Shown here: in pieces, positions 12,134 through 22,714 of the stretch
Layout of the letters: each line of letters starts with the position of its first letter
Position numbering within the stretch: the first letter of the stretch is position 1
Source: Eledone cirrhosa
Lineage: Eukaryota
NCBI GenBank assembly: GCA_964016885.1
Contig: OZ024741.1
Span: 203,422,001-203,486,000 of the forward strand
Length of the DNA stretch: 64,000 nt
Reading direction: 5' to 3'
Notes under the pieces: generated by a model
Databases searched by the model: none
The model's input: the letters and a program-made list of their open reading frames with translations, nothing else
What the model was told of the DNA's origin: nothing
Translations under genes and position numbers: made by a program

Positions 12134-12319
12134 ATAGTAAAATAGAGCTTCCGCCGTATTTTTGAGTAAATTAGCCTGATAGTTGGAGTTATAAAAAAAA
12201 ACCCAATTTGGAAAAAGGATGAGCATTGACCTACATGGGACACGAACTCACATATTTGGCCATCAACTATTAGGCTAATTTACTCAGTCAAAAATACGGC
12301 GAAAGTTCCATTTCACTAT
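12134..12319. repeat. Short fold-back element next to (TA)n
   Basis: About 12134-12185 is inverted at about 12264-12319. Confidence 0.6.
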
Positions 12320-12372
12320 CTAATTTTCAAAACAACGCTAAGCCATACATACATACATACATACATACATAC

Positions 12373-13620
12373 TGTGCCAATTCTAACGCCAACATTTGGC
12401 CTACTGAACTGGTCATTGCAAGAACTAAGTGAGATGGATGTTAGAACTCGAAAACTTCTCAGTGTTACTGGGAACTTTAACATCAATGGTGATGTGGATA
12501 GGCTATACTTCTCACGCAAGGAAGGTGGCCGGGGTCTAAAATCAATATTAACAACATATGAGACCCGGATAGTAACACTGAAGCAACATCTTCAACAGAG
12601 GAAAAAGGTTGGCAACCATCTTGCCCAGGTTTATGACCATGAAAAAAGAAATATCATTAGAATAGCGACTGATCTGGAGGAGAGATATGGAATAAAGCCT
12701 GATATAAATCTCTCACCCAGAGAAATCGGAAGATCCTATTCAATGTTCAAACAAGATAAAAAGATTGACCAATTTACAGAAAAAGTTGTGCATGGATACT
12801 TGAGGCGTAAAACACAGACCATAGAGGGGATAAACCACTCAAAAAGCCTGGCATGGAGTTCCGACAAGTTTATGACATCACACCTTGAGGGATATCTCTA
12901 TGCAATACAGGAACAAGAACTCCCTACCAAATATCTGCTGCACAAAAGAGGAGGGCCAGCAGCTGACAATAAATGTAGGCTATGTAAAACAAAGATCGAG
13001 GATGTAAGCCACATTGTTGCCAGCTGCGAAAGAATGTCATCTCGCTACTACCTCCCCATGAAACACGATGGGATAGCTAGAACCATCTGGAACGCACTTC
13101 GGAAAACAAAATTAACAACAAACGAGGAAGAATATATTGAGACAGATGGCACTAAGGAATACTGGTGGAACCTGAAAATAAAAACTGCCACCAAATTAAA
13201 GCACAACCGGCCTGATATTGTAGTTTGGAACCACACATTGAAAACGTGTTCTGTTGTGGAGATCAGCTGCCCACTTGATGTAAACGTTGTCAGAAAAATA
13301 CAGGAGAAGGAGGACATCTACGGACCATTGATGAGGAGTTTACAAATCCAGTATCCAAGATACACCTTTAGCTTCATACCCATCATTATTGGTGCTACGG
13401 GTTATATACCAACCCGCTTGGACCAAAGTATGACTGAACTTGGATTTGCGGACAAAAAGCGCAGCTCCCTAATTCATAGTCTACAAATGGCTGCGATAGC
13501 TGGCACCTTCAAAATTTGCAAAACATTCTTGCGATTCAAGGGATGACAATTTCTTTTCTTTTACAACCTTGCCACCAGGAAGGTGGCCGGTCAAAAAAAT
13601 ATACTCGAAATTAAGAGAAA
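12373..13620 (+). mobile_element. 5'-truncated R4/Dong-type RLE non-LTR retrotransposon inserted in (CATA)n
   Basis: (CATA)n on both sides (12344-12372, 13621-13647); short 3' UTR with GCCACC/GGTGGC hairpin; no poly(A). Confidence 0.85.
12374..13546 (+). CDS. RT thumb, CCHC zinc knuckle and restriction-like endonuclease (open, 5'-truncated)
   Basis: RLYFSRKEGGRGL, AIQEQEL, CRLC..E..HIVASC, KHDGIAR, HNRPDIVV..VEISCP (PD-(D/E)XK). Confidence 0.88.
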   Translation: MPILTPTFGLLNWSLQELSEMDVRTRKLLSVTGNFNINGDVDRLYFSRKEGGRGLKSILTTYETRIVTLKQHLQQRKKVGNHLAQVYDHEKRNIIRIATDLEERYGIKPDINLSPREIGRSYSMFKQDKKIDQFTEKVVHGYLRRKTQTIEGINHSKSLAWSSDKFMTSHLEGYLYAIQEQELPTKYLLHKRGGPAADNKCRLCKTKIEDVSHIVASCERMSSRYYLPMKHDGIARTIWNALRKTKLTTNEEEYIETDGTKEYWWNLKIKTATKLKHNRPDIVVWNHTLKTCSVVEISCPLDVNVVRKIQEKEDIYGPLMRSLQIQYPRYTFSFIPIIIGATGYIPTRLDQSMTELGFADKKRSSLIHSLQMAAIAGTFKICKTFLRFKG

Positions 13621-13845
13621 CATACATACATACATACATACATACATATTTATTTATAAGCTTATTTATTTGCACATCATATAACCGGAATTTAGATTGA
13701 TATACAATAATTTCGTGCATAACCTCTCTATGAAAATAGATGCGAATTAACTTATCAGATTTTGTTATGGAGACATAATCCCCAAATATCTTGTAACATG
13801 ACATAAAACAAGCGAAAAACTAGTTAGCAAACATTTTAACGTTAT

Positions 13846-14085
13846 AATAATTGTTTCTACTTTAGGCACAAGTCCAGCAATTTGAAGGGGAGGGGGAAAG
13901 TCGATTAAATCGACCCCAGTGCAGACCTGGTGCTTTATTTATCAACTCCGTAAGGATGAAAGGCAAAGCTAACCTCGGCGGGATTTGAACTCAGGGCCGT
14001 AACTTTATGCAACGTAAAGTACCGTAACTTTATGCAACGAAGCATGGTGTCCCACGCTCTAACGATACTGCCAATCCACCAGCCT
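13846..14085 (-). mobile_element. tRNA-derived SINE
   Basis: B-box GAGTTCAAATCCC and shared SINE body. Confidence 0.8.
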
Positions 14086-14124
14086 ATAATAATCACATCA
14101 GATTAGAAAATTACCTATGTTCAG

Positions 14125-14367
14125 GCCTATACTGTGTAGTTTCTCAAGGGAATTCCTCAGGGAAAAAGCCCTTTCCAGACACGTTCGTAGGAAGCGAGAA
14201 AATCTCAAAAAGGCGGAGGGAGAGATTTTCACGTGATACACCGGTCAAGAGAGGGGAGTAAATCCCTTGTAGCAGTGAAAAATATCTCAGAAGGCGGAGG
14301 GAGAAATTTGCTTGCTACGAACGTGTCTGGAAAGCACTCTTTCCCTATGGAGTTCCCTTGAGAAGCT
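14125..14367. repeat. Decayed fold-back cassette related to 62100-62760
   Basis: About 14140-14197 inverted at about 14308-14365; AAGGCGGAGGG motif twice, as in the 62.1-62.8 kb element. Confidence 0.55.
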
Positions 14368-15205
14368 GGTTTGCCTCACAACAATGTTACACCTCTATAA
14401 TGTAAAATTGTCACATACTGACCAACGAAACTCTACAGTCGGCACATTGAGGAAAAAATTAGGTATATATCTGTGTCTATTACTTCTTCTTACTTTATAA
14501 TTTGTATATATATATATATATATATATTTAAATATTTATATCGTTATATATATTTATATCGTTAATGCTGTACTAAAATTTGTATTTTAACTCCTAGAAT
14601 TAACGATTAACTGATAATTTAATTAGACAGTTCTATTGATTGATTAATTGTTTTTGTTTGATAATTTCTGGTTGAGTGCTTAATCCCGTTTGTCTAAGGG
14701 AATTTCATTCCTTTGTCTCAAATTTCGAATTCACCGCCAAAACGGGGGTTACCTCCCTTGAAGAAAACCACGTGTCTATAGCGAAATTTACTGCTAGAAC
14801 ACACCCGCTGAGGCTATATAACGCAAGACTTGTTGACAAGTTCTGTCGTCAAAGGGCATTAACTGGCAGACCCCTGCAAGCGGAATTAGTCGATCTCGGA
14901 TTTACAGAAACCTAGCGTGGATGTTGTATGTGATGTATATCGTATGCTATACGATATACATTATGTATTGCATTCGGTCTCCGCGTGATGGTCCAGGTCA
15001 GTTAAAAATCTTTTCCTGGGTCCAGTCTTTTTCGTTGCTATGGTAATGCGGCTGGACTGCCGATCGCTATATTTGATTTGCAAAGCTGTCTAAACGTATT
15101 GTTATTACTCTGGGGTATTATTTTCCATCGAGTGCTAAAGCTACATTCCGAATTTGCATTCGTTAGCTTAGCCGCAGCTTAAAGCTTCGTTAATGATGTA
15201 CTAAA

Positions 15206-15256
<51 letters not shown>

Positions 15257-15855
15257 AGATGAAATCGAAAATGCAACTAGAGTCTTATTTTAAAAAAAAT
15301 AAGACTCCAGTTGCATTTTCGATTTCATTTTTTGTTCTTTATACTTTCACTCGTGTAAGACACCTGGGTTATTTTTCATTTTGTTTAAAAAACCTCACTT
15401 TCTAATATATATATATATATATATATGCATATATGTATATGCATGTATACGATATTTTGTAGTTTCAAATTCCACTAACAATGTATCCGTCATCCCACGA
15501 TTATAATAGGATACTGGAAATGAACCTAAAACTAGTTGTCCATCAAACGAACTACTAAACCGCACACTCATGCCAGCGAGTTTATTATATTTTAAGACAT
15601 AAACATATTTTTCCGCTGATTTTTTTTGTTGTAGAAATCACAGTTAATTGTTATTTTAAATTATGAATATAAATTATATTTCCAAAATTACATCGAGGAA
15701 GAATTATTTCAACTACAATTTTATATATCTGTCAAATGACTTAATCTAAGTTCGTGTGGAGAAACTGAAGTATTTACAACGAGAACGAATCATTTTAGCC
15801 ACAGTCTTATTTGTTTAGCAAATTACATCATCAGAAACCGTGTGTTGGAACTATG

Positions 15856-16040
15856 TAAGAAGAGTAATTTTGGAACATGTAAGAATTTTAACCACAGTTA
15901 GAAGAGTAATTTTAACCACAGTTAGAAGAGTAATTTTAACCACAGTTAGAAGAGTAATTTTGGAACATGTAGGAAGAGTAATTTTGGAACATGTAAGAAC
16001 AGTAATTTTGGAATATCTTAGAAGAGTAATTTTGGAACAT
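15856..16040. repeat. 24-bp minisatellite
   Basis: TAAGAAGAGTAATTTTGGAACATG and a TTAACCACAG variant, about 7-8 copies. Confidence 0.85.
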
Positions 16041-16825
16041 GAGTGTTGTATCTAAAGCAATTACATTGTATAAGAGTCGTTTTAGCCACAGTTACACTTG
16101 ACTTGATCTGAGATTTGATAGATATGCACAACTCTGAAATCTTATACAGATATGGTGAATTTATTGTCCAAATTCTGTTCGAAATTTCAGTTAGTTAAAA
16201 CTATTTTTTTTTTCTTTTTTCCTAAAATCAGCAAATTCTAGTTTTATATAAAACTAACCTTAGATTATGATATATTTTATGGCTTTAACCGTCAAAGTGT
16301 AATTTCCAAACAGAATTAAAATTGAATGAAGTATATATATATATAAAGTATTCATAGTTGGAATATTTTCGGTCAATGGATGAAATGTAGTGTGTATGAA
16401 ATATTAAAATATTGAGATATATTTCTGTATTTATCTTTACACGAGCGTCACTAAACATCGCAAAGGTCAAATCTGATCTGATATTTCTCTGCTGCAACCG
16501 ATAGGTGGTGTCATATTCATCTGTGAAACGACGCAAGCGAGCGCCCCCTACGGGGATAGTAGCTAATACAACTGAGTAAAACGACATTCGAAGCTGACGG
16601 CTGTATAAAAGCTATTTGGTTGTTGGCTTCCTGAACTTTCTGCAACACAAGTAAAGATAGTATAATCTAAATCATTTTTTAGTTAAGGGTGGGGGAAAAC
16701 ATGCTACAACAGATGGGAGTGGGGGCTCTAGAAAAGGAGGAAAGGAAGATGATAAAACATACATATGTTTGTTTCTAGCTATGAAGAAAAAAATTAAGAA
16801 AGATTTGGGAATGAAAATGGCTTTT

Positions 16826-16955
16826 AATTTAGATACAAGGGCAGCAATTTAGAGGAAGAGGAAAGTCGATTATATCGACACCAGTACTTGACTGGAATTT
16901 TATTTTAAAGACCCCTAAAAGACCAAATTGACCTCGGTGAGATTGGGAACGATAA
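16826..16955 (-). mobile_element. SINE fragment
   Basis: AAAGTCGATTATATCGAC..CAGTAC..TTTATTT..GACCCC matches the SINE body. Confidence 0.6.
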
Positions 16956-17109
16956 TAAAAAGGTAGCAACCGTATAAACTGCACTGGTATATCATTGAAT
17001 AAAAAATGAATGAAGAGAATGAAATGTGAATAATCCACTCAGTTTACATTCACCGAACCTACGTGGCTAACATTTTCCTGAAACAGACAATAATTCAACT
17101 AATGAGTTG

Positions 17110-17400
17110 AGTAGTAATCTATGCTAAGTAATTTGTGATAAATAATCTGAGATAAGTAATCTATGGTTAGTCATCTGTGATAAGTCATCTATGATAATTA
17201 ATCTGTGATACGTAATCTATAATAAGTAATCTCTGAGAATTAATCTATGATAAATCATCTATTAGAAGTCATCTATAAGTCATCTATGATAAGTAGTTTA
17301 TGACAAGTAATCTATGAGTCATCCATGATAAGTAATCTGTGATAAGTAATCTATGATAAGTAATCTATAAGTCATCTACGGTATGTCATCTATGACTAGA
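17110..17400. repeat. About 14-bp minisatellite
   Basis: GATAAGTAATCTAT variants in tandem. Confidence 0.85.
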
Positions 17401-17689
17401 TGGGCGAGAATCAAGGCAAACTCGTTCTAAAATTGAATTCAAAATGGGAGGATAACAGTGGAAGGAAGCAACTACATGTTCCAGTGAAATGTATTTTATT
17501 TCCATTGACAAACTATGATATGACGTCATAAATCATCTTGTGCTGAAACACAGTGGTAACTTGAACACTTTCAACTATTCTTGGGGTTTTAGTGTGCATA
17601 GAGCTTCTGTAACCTTACGAAAATAATAGTGGATTAATATCCATTATAATCATCTATGATATATATATATATATATATATATATACACT

Positions 17690-18070
17690 ACTATGAGTGG
17701 AGTTCCACTGAAGCAGGTTGTGATGTTCAAGTATCTCGGTGCCGTGTTCACGAGTAATGGAAGGCAGGAGGCTAAATTAAGTGCAACAATTACTGGAGCT
17801 GTGCAATAATGTGCCAGCTTCAGAATTCGCTAATCAGAAGGAGATAGATGTGAAAGCCAAACTCGAATTTGGTATTCGTGCCAACCCTTACTCATGGTCA
17901 TGGAATTTGGGTAATGACCAAAAGAATACGATCGCGAATGGGGTTCATCCGAAAGGATCAGAGGATAATCTAGGTAGAGCCGTTACTTCTCCGAATTGAG
18001 ATATCACAGCTGCAATACTATGGACTTGTGGTTAGAATGTCTAAAGAAACAATTGCTGGACAGATTTTAC
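17690..18070 (+). pseudogene. RTE-clade LINE 3' fragment
   Basis: GVPLKQVVMFKYLGAVFTSNGRQEA; homologous to 40560-40860. Confidence 0.65.
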
Positions 18071-18499
18071 GGACAAAAACAAACAACAGAAGAAGAAGAA
18101 GGAAAAGAAGAAAAAGAAAATGAAAAAGAAGATATATATATATTTACGAGTTCTGTCAGGAATATAACAGGACTTAATGTGCTGTTGGAGCTATGAGTGG
18201 GGTAGAGATTAGCGGGTTGCATTACTGTGTGACGTAATAGTCGAGGAGTATATATCAGAGATCTCAGCTCTCAGCTGCCATTGAATCTTTTTTCACGTGC
18301 TTTTGTAACATGTGGATCGTATTCACGTTGATGTAGCGAGAGGGGAGGGGGCCAAAAGGTAGCAGCTGGCAGCTAAAACAGGAGAGTATAGAGCACTTTG
18401 AAATGTACATAATGGGTGAGATGTCAAATAATAAACTGAAATGGAATATGCAAAACCGTCTCTTACTTTATATATATAACTTTATTTTTTGTTGAATCG

Positions 18500-18589
18500 C
18501 CAGTCTGAAGAGCAGATCGATGATGGAGTCGAATCCATAACTTCTATGGGCGACCTTGAGCCAATCATCTGCGAAGTGCGCGTAACAGG
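18500..18589 (+). ncRNA. Type I hammerhead-like motif (GAAG instead of GAAA)
   Basis: CCaGT-CTGAAGA-GCAGAT...ATCTGC-GAAG-TGCGCG-TA-ACaGG. Confidence 0.6.
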
Positions 18590-18684
18590 TTGATACACAA
18601 TAAAAAAAACTAAATATATATAAACGAAACTTTCTTTATATATATTCATGAATATACATATATAAAGAAAAACGATAAAATTTC

Positions 18685-18722
<38 letters not shown>

Positions 18723-18771
18723 AGAAAGAAGAGTGACATGGTTTGCTATACAATAAGGGCTTTATTCCCAT

Positions 18772-18879
18772 TGCTGACAATTGTTTCTCTGAACTGGTAG
18801 GTCTAGAGATCGCTACCCGCCTGAGTTTGCGTCAATCGATCACCAATACTTTGTTATAACCAGTCTAGTCATCAGAGCA
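18772..18879 (-). ncRNA. Type I hammerhead ribozyme (inverted pLTR copy)
   Basis: TGCT-CTGATGA-long helix II-GAAA-CAATTG-TC-AGCA. Confidence 0.8.
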
Positions 18880-18909
18880 TGCAAGAATGAAGGATATACA
18901 TAGTATATC

Positions 18910-19961
18910 CTTTAGAATATCCCGCTTATCCTCAAACCAATAAATTTTTAATGAGCATGCTAACTATTATAACGCGGCATTACATAGGGCTGGACACAAA
19001 GAAAAGATACAGTTTATAACGGGTAAGGACAACACAAACAAACCCACTAACACTGACACCAACCGCTCACACAAAAATAAAGGTAATGGGACTAGACATA
19101 GAGGTAGACAAGTAGCACCTGGAGTAGGTGGTCCAAACACGAATAATGTAAACCCTAGAAACTATAGAAGAACTAGGGAAAGAAAATACCTATGGTTTAA
19201 TCCAATCTTCAACTCCTCTGTAAGAACTAAACTGCCTTCTACGTTTTTTAAACTAATAGATAAGCACTTCCCTATATCGCATATATATCATAAAATCCTC
19301 AATAGAAAAACTATAAAACTCTCATACTCTACGGCTGCCAATATAGAATCCCACATACACAAGATCAACCACAGGAATACCTCTAGGGAAACTACCCCCA
19401 CCTATACGCAACATAGTACCAAACTCTAAACACAAACACATTACCGTATCACAACGACAAACGAGCACGAGTGCGCCACAGCAAAACCTCAATGGGCATG
19501 AATCACAACCCACTTATAGCAGTTTACTAAACCGCAATGTGAAAACTGCACGGAATAACACCTCAAACTGCAATTGTCATCTACCAGATAGGTGCCCATT
19601 GGCGAATAGGCGCCTTGATTCGTACATGTGTACGGTGAACTCGGGCAACTCCACCTGGCATTACATTGGATCCACCAATGTGTACAGACATTCGATGAAG
19701 AACCGTGCACTGATAGGTTCTACAACCCTCGCCAAAAAAATCTGGCAACTTAAGGACAATAACCTCGACTACAATATCAACTGGTCGAGGTTGTGGGCCG
19801 CAAGGGCATATAGTACCGGTATGGCCTACTATAGACTTTGCGACCTTGAATTACTGTATATCCTTAGGAACGATAAAAGGCTACTCAACAACAAAATAGG
19901 AAGGTCAATTTTCTGCAGACATAGGATCGCTACTAAATTCACAAGATTTAAACCACCGTGA
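18910..19961 (+). pseudogene. PLE RT thumb plus GIY-YIG endonuclease
   Basis: RISRLSS..YNAAL..AG; YLWFNPIF..KLIDKHFP..KILNRKTIKLSYS; CNC..CPL; YIGST; STTLAKKIWQLK; LC.LE; LLN..CRH. Confidence 0.8.
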
Positions 19962-20868
19962 TTCGAACCAACATAACTTAGCATTCAACATATGAAATCC
20001 ACACTCTCACACAGACCACTACAGAACTATAATATTCTTTAAACAGCTTCTAGCCTGCTTAATTCTATACCACAGTAATGTCTGCAAATATCTTATCAGA
20101 CCATAAATCTATCTCTTCTCTGCTGCTGTCCAAACCACCTCGGACCAAACAATTATATCTCACATTAGCACTCATGATCTTCAACAGATGAACTTAATTC
20201 TAAGTACATTATTTGACTCCTACTGCAGTCCTTGAAATATCACTTTCCTCCTGTTGTTATAATGAACACCCCAATGTATCCGTAATAGTATTCATCATGT
20301 TCTCTATATATACCTTGCTTTCTTTGCTGCTCTATTACCTTATTGCTTCTATTGTTTTTGTTATTGCAGTCTTATTCATGCACGAATTATTATTGATGCT
20401 GTGAAAGCTAAACCCCCATGATCCGAACTAACAATCCCTACATCTAATATAGGCCACTTAAATAACGAATCTACAACTCCACTTTACATCACATAAAAAT
20501 TACCATCCTCACAAAAATGAAAATATTTTTATCAGATAATAAATAAATCATCAACTTACGGCCAGCAAACCTACAGTAAAGCAGATAGTCCATAATTCCA
20601 GGCCCCAAGTTATCTCTTTGCCACCTCTGCACTATATCTAGTGTACCCCATGACAGCTTTCACATGTCAATTTCATACATCTGTTTCGCATCAGTTCGTT
20701 TTACATGCTAAAGTCATCAGTATACTCTATTTTTTACTTAGATTGATGTTGTGATTGTTTTAACTATTTACTATCTAGCTAATTTATTTGAGTATTGTTA
20801 TTATTGTTTTGATTTTATACCACTACTATATATGGTAGCCATGCCTGTGTATATCCTTCATTCTCGCA

Positions 20869-20975
20869 TGCTCTGATGAATAGACTGGTTATAACAAAGT
20901 ATTGGTGATCGATTGACGCAAAATCAGGCGAGTAGCGATCTCTAGACCTACCAGTTAGAGAAACAATTGTCAGCA
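20869..20975 (+). ncRNA. Type I hammerhead ribozyme in PLE pLTR
   Basis: TGCT-CTGATGA-..GACTGGT...ACCAGTT..-GAAA-CAATTG-TC-AGCA; palindromic ACAATTGT. Confidence 0.82.
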
Positions 20976-21193
20976 ATGTGAATAAAGACCTTATTGTATA
21001 GCAAACCATGTCACTCTTCTTTCTTGAATTATTATTATTCCAAGTATAAACTAATCACCGCGTACTCGCAGCATCACTATGGAAACGTCTTGTTGAGTCA
21101 AACTTAGCCAAGCATTAATACTATCCACTACTCGGAGTACTCTAACTGGAGTACATCTAAATGGACTACCTATAACGATATTTTTATATCCCG

Positions 21194-21256
<63 letters not shown>

Positions 21257-21257
<1 letters not shown>

Positions 21258-21357
21258 GAACCAACGAATCAACCGGAAATTTATAATAAATTGAAGTGAA
21301 AACCAACAGGTGCGTGTGTTTTTGTTGGTAGCATTACCCTCCCAAAGTATAACAATA
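21257..21357 (+). mobile_element. PLE terminal remnant related to the end of the 54484-61649 element
   Basis: AAATTGAAGTGAAA..GGTGCGTGTGTTT..CCCTCCCAAAGTATAACAA shared with 61580-61646. Confidence 0.7.
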
Positions 21358-21583
21358 TATATAAATATATACATACACACATACACACACATACATGTAT
21401 ATATATAAATTAAAGATGTTAAGACGGGATTACTTCACCATAATTGCTTTATTGCATGTTATATAATTCTCTTATATTCATAAGACTTCATCAGTTGCCC
21501 ATAGGTGCAGTTATACAATATGAGACTGAATTTTTTTAATAATTTCTAGTAGTAGATGTATCTCTCTCGCTCTCTCTCTCTCC

Positions 21584-21622
<39 letters not shown>

Positions 21623-21773
21623 AATATACACGAGTGTGTATGATTGTGTATAGAAGATTATATTAATAAGAGGAATTCCAACTTTGTCTGATTTACTCGT
21701 TTTATTTACAATCCTTTAAAATTTATAATGGTATTATAATGAAATAGTATGATAGAATATTAAATGTTAAGTG

Positions 21774-22265
21774 TTAATTGAACTTGCTTAGACGGTGGGT
21801 GGGGCATGTTGGACCAGCTATAATAGGTCTAAGTTTTAAGTCTTTTGGGTGTAGTAATTTAATGTACTGACTGTTTTGTTCTCTTACTGCCAGTTGTATT
21901 TCTGTTGACTTATGAACTTTCGGTAGGCCATACAGGTTGCTGGGTTTTGGCTCAAAATTGGTGATGTAGTCTCTTTCCTTATCAGTAAATGAGTTGTGGT
22001 ATTTTGAAGCCAGGTTGTTGATCTTCTTCATGATGTTGTGGTCTATATTTGACGGTATTTCATGATAGAATGTTGTGTCTTTCAGTTGTTCCTCAACCAA
22101 ATCTTTGTAGTATTCAGCATCCATTATAACAACTGCACCCCCTTTATCTGCTTGTTTAGTTATTATTGTTTTATCATTTTGTATACGTTTAAGTGCAGAC
22201 ATTTCTGATTTGTTAATGTTTGGCCTAACATTAGTATTATGTCTAAGAGGAAATTTAGACAGGAT
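21774..22265 (-). pseudogene. Penelope-like RT N-terminal fragment
   Basis: NINKSEMSALK, KQADKGGAVVIMD, LYGLPKVHK, LRPIIAGPTCPTHRLS. Confidence 0.85.
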
Positions 22266-22362
22266 GTCAATGTATTGGTCGAGATAGATATTTCTTCCTA
22301 TATATATATATATATACATATATATATTGAGAGAGAGAAAGAGAGAGGTAGATAGATCGATC

Positions 22363-22460
22363 GACAGACAGGACAGACAGGACAGGACAGGACAGGACAG
22401 GACAGGACAGGACAGGACAGGACAGGACAGGGCAGGACAGGACAGGACAGGACAGGACAG

Positions 22461-22492
<32 letters not shown>
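22363..22492. repeat. (GGACA)n/(GACA)n microsatellite at Tx1 3' end
   Basis: Direct reading. Confidence 0.95.
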
Positions 22493-22714
22493 TATTTCTG
22501 TTTATTTGCCACTAGGGCACAAAAGAAAGGGACATGTACATGGGTGGGGGGAGTTTACATGAAAATCGAGTAAGAAAAATATAACAAACAAAATAATAAC
22601 AAGAAGGTCCTCAATAGAGAGGGATCGTTTTGGGGTCACACACCCCCGAAAAAAAGTGTGCGACCCTTCTCCACGGGAGCACAAAGAGAGGGTGCTCCCT
22701 TCATTCTGTTCCAC

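Larger units (their letters stand above)
18721..21027 (+). mobile_element. 5'-truncated Penelope-like element (Hydra-clade-like) with inverted pLTR
   Basis: 18721-18900 is the reverse complement of about 20848-21027; internal decayed ORF; (TA)n on the left. Confidence 0.85.

Noticed and set aside
14560-15200. Possible host exon or promoter in CpG-richer unique DNA (also 38400-38880)
   Set aside because: No recognisable ORF, splice pattern or motif that can be supported by eye.
15856-16040. CRISPR-like regular repeat
   Set aside because: Contiguous 24-bp tandem units with no unique spacers, in a eukaryotic context.
21454-21498. Minus-strand hammerhead (CTGATGA..TCTTA/TAAGA..GAAT)
   Set aside because: GAAA and the cleavage triplet are mutated; at best a decayed remnant. 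Same for 14126-14163, 50855-50895 and 53878-53915.
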